Positions 58,862 through 64,000 of a DNA stretch of 64,000 nt are shown piece by piece. Source of the DNA: Candidatus Marinacidobacterales bacterium (GTDB lineage Bacteria > Acidobacteriota > Vicinamibacteria > Marinacidobacterales > SMYC01); contig OZ250169.1 in assembly GCA_965237955.1 (NCBI GenBank), positions 7,872,001 through 7,936,000 of the forward strand. The letters run 5' to 3'. A program made the position numbers and the translations under genes. The notes beneath the pieces are model-generated. The model had not been told where the DNA came from. It searched no databases and saw nothing but the letters and a program-made list of their open reading frames with translations. How positions within the stretch are numbered: position 1 is the stretch's first letter; every line of letters begins with the position of its first letter.

Positions 58862-60533
58862 CTCCGACGATGCAAGAGCTCGCCTCGGTGCGTCGCTTTT
58901 TAGACGGGCTGTGTTCCGGTACTAATGATGATAGTGCCTCGGCAGCCCCCCTGCTCCGTCTCATCCGGCGGGTCGATATCAGCCCCGGCTCTGTGTCCAT
59001 CCTGCTCGACCGCAATACGTTCGCTGCTTGCCTCTCTATGGGGCCCGAGCGCATTCGCGAGGATGCACTCCGCATCCTCGCACCGTTCCGCTTGCGTCGA
59101 CGCGGCGTCGAGACCAAGCTCGTTCTGGGCAACCCCACGAAATCCGTCGACCGCACACTCCTGCGCAATATCGCCAACGCCCTCTCCTGGCTCAACCGAA
59201 TCAAAGCAGGCAAAACCTATGAGCAGATTGCAACCGAAAACGCCATCCCAACGGACCGCGTGCGCAAGGCAATCCGTTATGCCTTCCTGGCTCCCGACAT
59301 CGTCCGCGCCATTGTCGAAGGCCGCCAGCCCGTTGGGCTGACCTCGAGCTACCTCTTGCATCATCCGCTTCCCGACGATTGGGAGAAACAGCGAGTGCTC
59401 GTCAAAACGCTGTGAGCCTGCCAGCGCCCACTCCGTGAATCGGCTCGGTTAGCAGCAAGCTGCTCTCCGACACTGGCCTCCACCAATCAGCCTCAACTTG
59501 GCCTAAATTCCCTGTCATGGTTTCCAGACTCGGATAGCTCCTTGTACTGGACCGTCTGCGGAGTCATCTTCGTTTCCTCCGTAAAGCTCCGCTGGATGAA
59601 TTCGAGGTTTGGCTAATTCGAATTCCGCTATTCGCCTTCTCCTCAGGCGCGATCTAGGCGTTAAGCGTCTTCTCATTGTCTGCACGATTAAGCGCAAAAA
59701 CGTCCCGATAAGCCCCAAAATCGCCCCAAATTGCACGCTAAGGGCCTGTTTAGCTCTGTTTCTGATCGTTTCCAGCCAAGAATCGGAAGCTCCACTCGAG
59801 CCTCCCGACTGCGATAGCCGGAAAGATGTTCCCGTCGACGAACATTCGCTGATGAGACGTAAAGCCTTTTGCGACAAGGAGTAACGGTTGGAGCCGCCTC
59901 CGGAGGGTTTACGACACGGCCCTCTTTCAAGCGTCCAGGAGGTTGAGATTGCCGTACAAAAAATTTGATTGAAGCAAATTCGATTCCGGCTCGGAACGAG
60001 CACCCGTCGATGAGATGTGCGGGGACCAGCACGTGGTGGCTTCCGTTAAGTCACTGTAAAAAAACAGGATAGAACGCTATGGGCGTCAGGGCTTCTCTGA
60101 GTTTTCGCTACATTGCCCCAACCACGCGCACGGACAAAAGTTCGATCCTGACTCCCGAAATTGCCAAAATACCTTTTGCCGAGACCGGATGGCTCGAGAC
60201 TGCACCATCCGCCACCCAGTCCGGTAAATTGTGGCACTGCAGAGACGGATGAGGTTTTCCGCGCGGTTGGCGGGGTTTTGCAAGGGTAGGTGGCACCAGA
60301 GACGCGCTAGAAGGGCGGAACGGGCCTCATTTTCGGTATTCGTCTCTAATCCCGATTTTCGAGTGCCACGTTTGCGCCCAAATAGGAGACGGACGCTGAC
60401 CGGGCCGTGCGGCCGCCCAAAAGAGGCCACCCGAGAGGCCCGGAATCGAAGCCGGGGCGACCGTGGCGTAGCTGGCCTAGCAAGTTCTGGTCCAGTTGCG
60501 GCCCGGGCCTCCTTTATGGCCATCTTTCCACAG
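58862..60533 (+). mobile_element. 3' half of the serine recombinase module plus conserved downstream region
   Basis: Matches about 38070-39735. Confidence 0.88.
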
Positions 60534-61339
60534 GGTATTGTCAAATTGAGCTGGTGACTGACAGAATGGTCCAATGAAGACCGATGCGCCGAGCTACCAC
60601 GGCTATCGATTTCCACCGGAAATCATCAGCCACGCCGTCTGGCTCTACCACCGATTCTGCGTGAGCTTTCGAAACGTCGAAGAGTTGCTCGCTCAGCGAG
60701 GCATCACGGTTTCTTACGAAGCGGTCCGACTGTGGTGCATTAAGTTCGGGCCGGAATACGCTCGACGACTGAAGCGTCGGCAGGGTCGTCTCGGTGACAC
60801 ATGGCACCTGGACGAGGTCTTCATAAAGATACAAGGTGAACGCCAATACCTCTGGCGCGCAGTAGACCAAGATGGTGATGTAATCGATATCCTCGTCCAG
60901 CCTCGCCGTGATCAGAAAGCCGCCAAACGATTCTTCCGCAAGCTGTTGAAGGGGCAAGGCCGTCCGCCCTGGCAGCTGGTCACCGACAAACTGAGAAGCT
61001 ACATCGCCGCTCACCGCGAGGTCATGCCGTCCGTCGTCCACGACACTGACCAGTACAGAAACAACCTAGCCGAAGTCTCGCACGAACCGACGCGACAACG
61101 GGAACGACAGATGCGGAAGTTTAAAGCTCCTGGGCAGGCGCAACGATTCTTGACCGTGCATGGACTCGCGCAAAATCTCTTTCGCGTCGGACGGCATTTG
61201 TTGCAAGCGCATCACCATCGGGAGCTACGAGACCGCGCTTTCATCATCTGGCAGGAGGTAACCTGTGCCGTCCGATGAGAGCAAAGGAAGGCAGCTCGAC
61301 GCGATAGGTTCGCTCGCTCAACGTCAACTTGACAATACC
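60534..61339 (+). mobile_element. IS6 family element
   Basis: Inverted repeats GGTATTGTCAA...TTGACAATACC. Confidence 0.92.
60574..61278 (+). CDS. IS6 transposase
   Basis: YRFPPEII, WHLDEVFI, YLWRAVD, VTDKL, NNLAEVSH. Confidence 0.93.
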   Translation: MKTDAPSYHGYRFPPEIISHAVWLYHRFCVSFRNVEELLAQRGITVSYEAVRLWCIKFGPEYARRLKRRQGRLGDTWHLDEVFIKIQGERQYLWRAVDQDGDVIDILVQPRRDQKAAKRFFRKLLKGQGRPPWQLVTDKLRSYIAAHREVMPSVVHDTDQYRNNLAEVSHEPTRQRERQMRKFKAPGQAQRFLTVHGLAQNLFRVGRHLLQAHHHRELRDRAFIIWQEVTCAVR

Positions 61340-61694
61340 TTTGGGGCTGCTCCGCCAAGCTCGCTCTCGCGTATCTTCATGCGCCGCGTTCTCTTGCACG
61401 AACGCCAGTGCCGGACCCATGGCGGGCATTCGGCCACAACCCGGCGCGGCTCTGGCTGCCATGGCGAACGGGACGCCAGGCAACGGCGCCGCCGCTCCCG
61501 CAGGGTCCGTTTCTGCCGGCACCCATCTCGTCCGCGAGTGGAATGGCCGGACCTACCAGGTCGAGGTAATCGACAACGGCTATCGGTTCGATGGCAAAAC
61601 CTATCCGTCCCTCACTACCATCGCAAAGCGAATCACCGGCACCCACTGGTCAGGACCACGCTTTTTCGGTCTCACGCCCAAGCGCAAGGCCTAA
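61340..61694 (+). pseudogene. DUF2924 gene, 5'-truncated by IS6
   Basis: C-terminal GTHWSGPRFFGL retained. Confidence 0.8.
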
Positions 61695-61695
61695 C

Positions 61696-63357
61696 ATGAA
61701 GAAAATCCGCTGTGCCATCTATACGCGAAAGAGCGCGGAAGAAGGTCTCGAACAGGAGTTCAACTCCCTCGATGCGCAGCGAGAAGCCTGCGCCGCGTAT
61801 GTCGCGAGCCACAAGGCGGAGGGCTGGGTGCTGCTGCCAACCGTCTACGAGGACGCGGGGCTCTCGGGAGGAACCCTGGAGCGCCCGGGCCTGCAGCGCT
61901 TGCTCGCCGACATCGACGCCGGTCTCGTCGAGCAGATCGTGGTCTACAAGGTCGACCGGCTGACCCGTTCCCTCTCCGACTTTGCAAAGCTCGTCGAACG
62001 GCTCGAGGCGGCCGGCGCGGTTTTCGTCTCGGTGACTCAGTCCTTCAACACCGCGACCAGCATGGGACGACTGACGCTGCATATGCTGCTGTCCTTCGCA
62101 CAATTCGAACGCGAGGTCACGGCCGAGCGGATCCGCGATAAGGTCGCTGCCTCCAAGCGCAAGGGACTATGGATGGGCGGCCGCGTACCGCTCGGCTATG
62201 AGAAGGACGAGCGCACGCTGCGCATCAACGAGGCTGAGGCCGAAACGGTCCGGACGCTCTATGCGCTGTACCGGAAGCACGGAACGCTCCGGCAGGTGAA
62301 GGCCGAGGCGGACCGTCTGAGGCTGCGCACCAAGCGACGCTTCGCCGCGGATGGAACCCGGACAGGCGGGTTGCCGTTCCGTCGCGGACACCTCCACTGC
62401 CTGCTGACCAATCCTCTCTACGCCGGCCGCATCCGGCACCAGAGGCGTGTCTACGAGGGCCAGCATCCATCGATCATTGCTCCGGAGCTCTGGGACGCGG
62501 TCCAAACGCAGCTGCAGGCAGGGGCTGCCAAACCGAGGAAACGCACGACGAAGGGTCGTGCAGCCCGTTCCCCACTGGCAGGCAAGCTCTTCGACGAGAC
62601 CGGGGACCGGCTGACGCCAAGCCACACCAAAAAGAAAAACGGGCAACGGCTCCGCTACTACGTCTCCCGGCGCCTCATCCAGCACAGTGGCCAAAAGGAC
62701 CTCTCCGGCTGGCGACTGCCCGCCCCGATGCTGGAACAGACCGCCGTGCATCTCATCCGACAGCATGTGGATACCACGACCTTCTCGGCCTCGTTGATCC
62801 ACACTCCGACGATGCAAGAGCTCGCCTCGGTGCGTCGCTTTTTAGACGGGCTGTGTTCCGGTAGTAATAATGATAGTGCCGCGGTAGCCCCCCTGCTCCG
62901 TCTCATCCGGCGGGTCGATATCAGCCCCGGCTCTGTGTCCATCCTGCTCGACCGCAATGCGTTCGCTGCTTGCCTCTCTATGGGACCCGAGCGCATTCGC
63001 GAGGATACACTCCGCATCCTCGCACCGTTCCGCTTGCGTCGACGCGGCGTCGAGACCAAGCTCGTTCTGGGCAACCCCACGAAATCCGTCGACCGCACAC
63101 TCCTGCGCAATATCGCCAACGCCCTCTCCTGGCTCGACCGAATCAAAGCAGGCAAAACCTATGAGCAGATTGCCACCGAAAACGCCATCCCAACGGACCG
63201 CGTGCGCAAGGCAATCCGCTATGCCTTCCTGGCCCCCGACATCGTCCGCGCCATTGTCGAAGGCCGCCAGCCCGTTGGGCTGACCTCGAGCTACCTCTTG
63301 CATCATCCGCTTCCCGACGATTGGGAGAAACAGCGAGTGCTCGTCAAAACGCTGTGA
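61696..63357 (+). CDS. Large serine recombinase, intact (553 aa)
   Basis: Resolvase domain (YTRKS, DRLTR), recombinase domain (LTNPLYAG), RYYVS, C-terminal AFLAPDIV. Confidence 0.93.
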   Translation: MKKIRCAIYTRKSAEEGLEQEFNSLDAQREACAAYVASHKAEGWVLLPTVYEDAGLSGGTLERPGLQRLLADIDAGLVEQIVVYKVDRLTRSLSDFAKLVERLEAAGAVFVSVTQSFNTATSMGRLTLHMLLSFAQFEREVTAERIRDKVAASKRKGLWMGGRVPLGYEKDERTLRINEAEAETVRTLYALYRKHGTLRQVKAEADRLRLRTKRRFAADGTRTGGLPFRRGHLHCLLTNPLYAGRIRHQRRVYEGQHPSIIAPELWDAVQTQLQAGAAKPRKRTTKGRAARSPLAGKLFDETGDRLTPSHTKKKNGQRLRYYVSRRLIQHSGQKDLSGWRLPAPMLEQTAVHLIRQHVDTTTFSASLIHTPTMQELASVRRFLDGLCSGSNNDSAAVAPLLRLIRRVDISPGSVSILLDRNAFAACLSMGPERIREDTLRILAPFRLRRRGVETKLVLGNPTKSVDRTLLRNIANALSWLDRIKAGKTYEQIATENAIPTDRVRKAIRYAFLAPDIVRAIVEGRQPVGLTSSYLLHHPLPDDWEKQRVLVKTL

Positions 63358-63412
63358 GCCTGCCAGCGCCCACTCCGTGAATGGGCTCGGTTAGCAGCAA
63401 GCTGCTCTCCGA

Positions 63413-64000
63413 TGCCTTGGTGCACAACTCCGATAGAGGCCGAGAGCTCGCTTGGCCCCGACTCCCATCATCCGATCATCTCGCTATCAGGCATCCCGAG
63501 CGCCGTCATGGTGTTGAGAATCTTGCACCCGATCCTTGCCTCGACTCTCTGTGCCGCCAACCCTCTCGCTCGCATCGCTGAGCCCACGATAGCCTTGTAG
63601 CGATGGAACGTTGTCTCGACTTTGCTCCGTTTGCTGTAGCCCGATTCTGTGTGCCACTTTCGTTTGCCGAGCCGAGCTTGTGCTGCAATGTTGCGATTGC
63701 GCTGTCGGCTGCTCGCCGGCCCCGATGCGAGCTGGGCGCCCTTGCGCGGCGGTATCAGCACCCTCGGCGAGCGATGAGCGCTGTGATTCTCGATCGCCTC
63801 ATAGACGCCGCTGGCGTCGTATGCGGTGTCAGCTCTGGCCGATGAGATGGGACTGTCGATCTGTCCGACAAGCGATGCAACCCGCGATGAATCGCGGGCT
63901 CTTTTGCTCGTCAGCTCGCCGGCGACGACTTCGCCAGTCTGCTCGTCGACACACAGATGGAGCTTGCGATAGTCCCTGCTATTTGGTGCTCTGCGCAGCT
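63413..64000 (-). mobile_element. IS5/IS903-like variant running off the window edge
   Basis: YRKLHLCVD, ADTAYD, IPPRKGA, GYSKRSKVETTFHRYK. Confidence 0.85.

Noticed and set aside
60186-60214. Possible tRNA gene
   Set aside because: Only one stem plus CCA, with no cloverleaf; kept only as a candidate attachment motif

Overview
GC-rich bacterial DNA forming an extreme mobile-element mosaic; no rRNA, tRNA or CRISPR array was seen. The main structure is about 52 terminal-repeat copies from four end families. End A is CGTCCTGTGCCAAAACTCGG (26 copies), B is CGTC(G/C)TGTCCAAAAA (9), C is GGTGCTTCCGCCAT(T/C)AAGTG (9) and D is TGTGCCTTCTATT/TGTCCCTTCCAT (about 8). A, B and D are tied to rve/integrase-core DDE transposase sequence, and only one such transposase is intact (3028-4098). 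These ends are nested in one another and tightly bracket unrelated cargo: a reductive dehalogenase, HTH-ImmA/IrrE plus a PIN-like gene, two TIR genes, DUF429, lexA-imuA-imuB-dnaE2, an NSS transporter, PLD-SNF2 helicase plus N6-methyltransferase, fpg, a phage terL-HNH-capsid remnant and many cut gene fragments. Also present are an IS110 (IS1111-type) whose bridge-RNA guides can be read from the sequence and match its insertion site in end C, six copies or pieces of a DUF2924-large serine recombinase module, IS3 (x2), IS5/IS903-like (x3 plus remnants), IS6, IS21, IS256 remnants and two group II intron 3' ends. All calls and counts were made by eye. Repeat-driven misassembly cannot be excluded from sequence alone.
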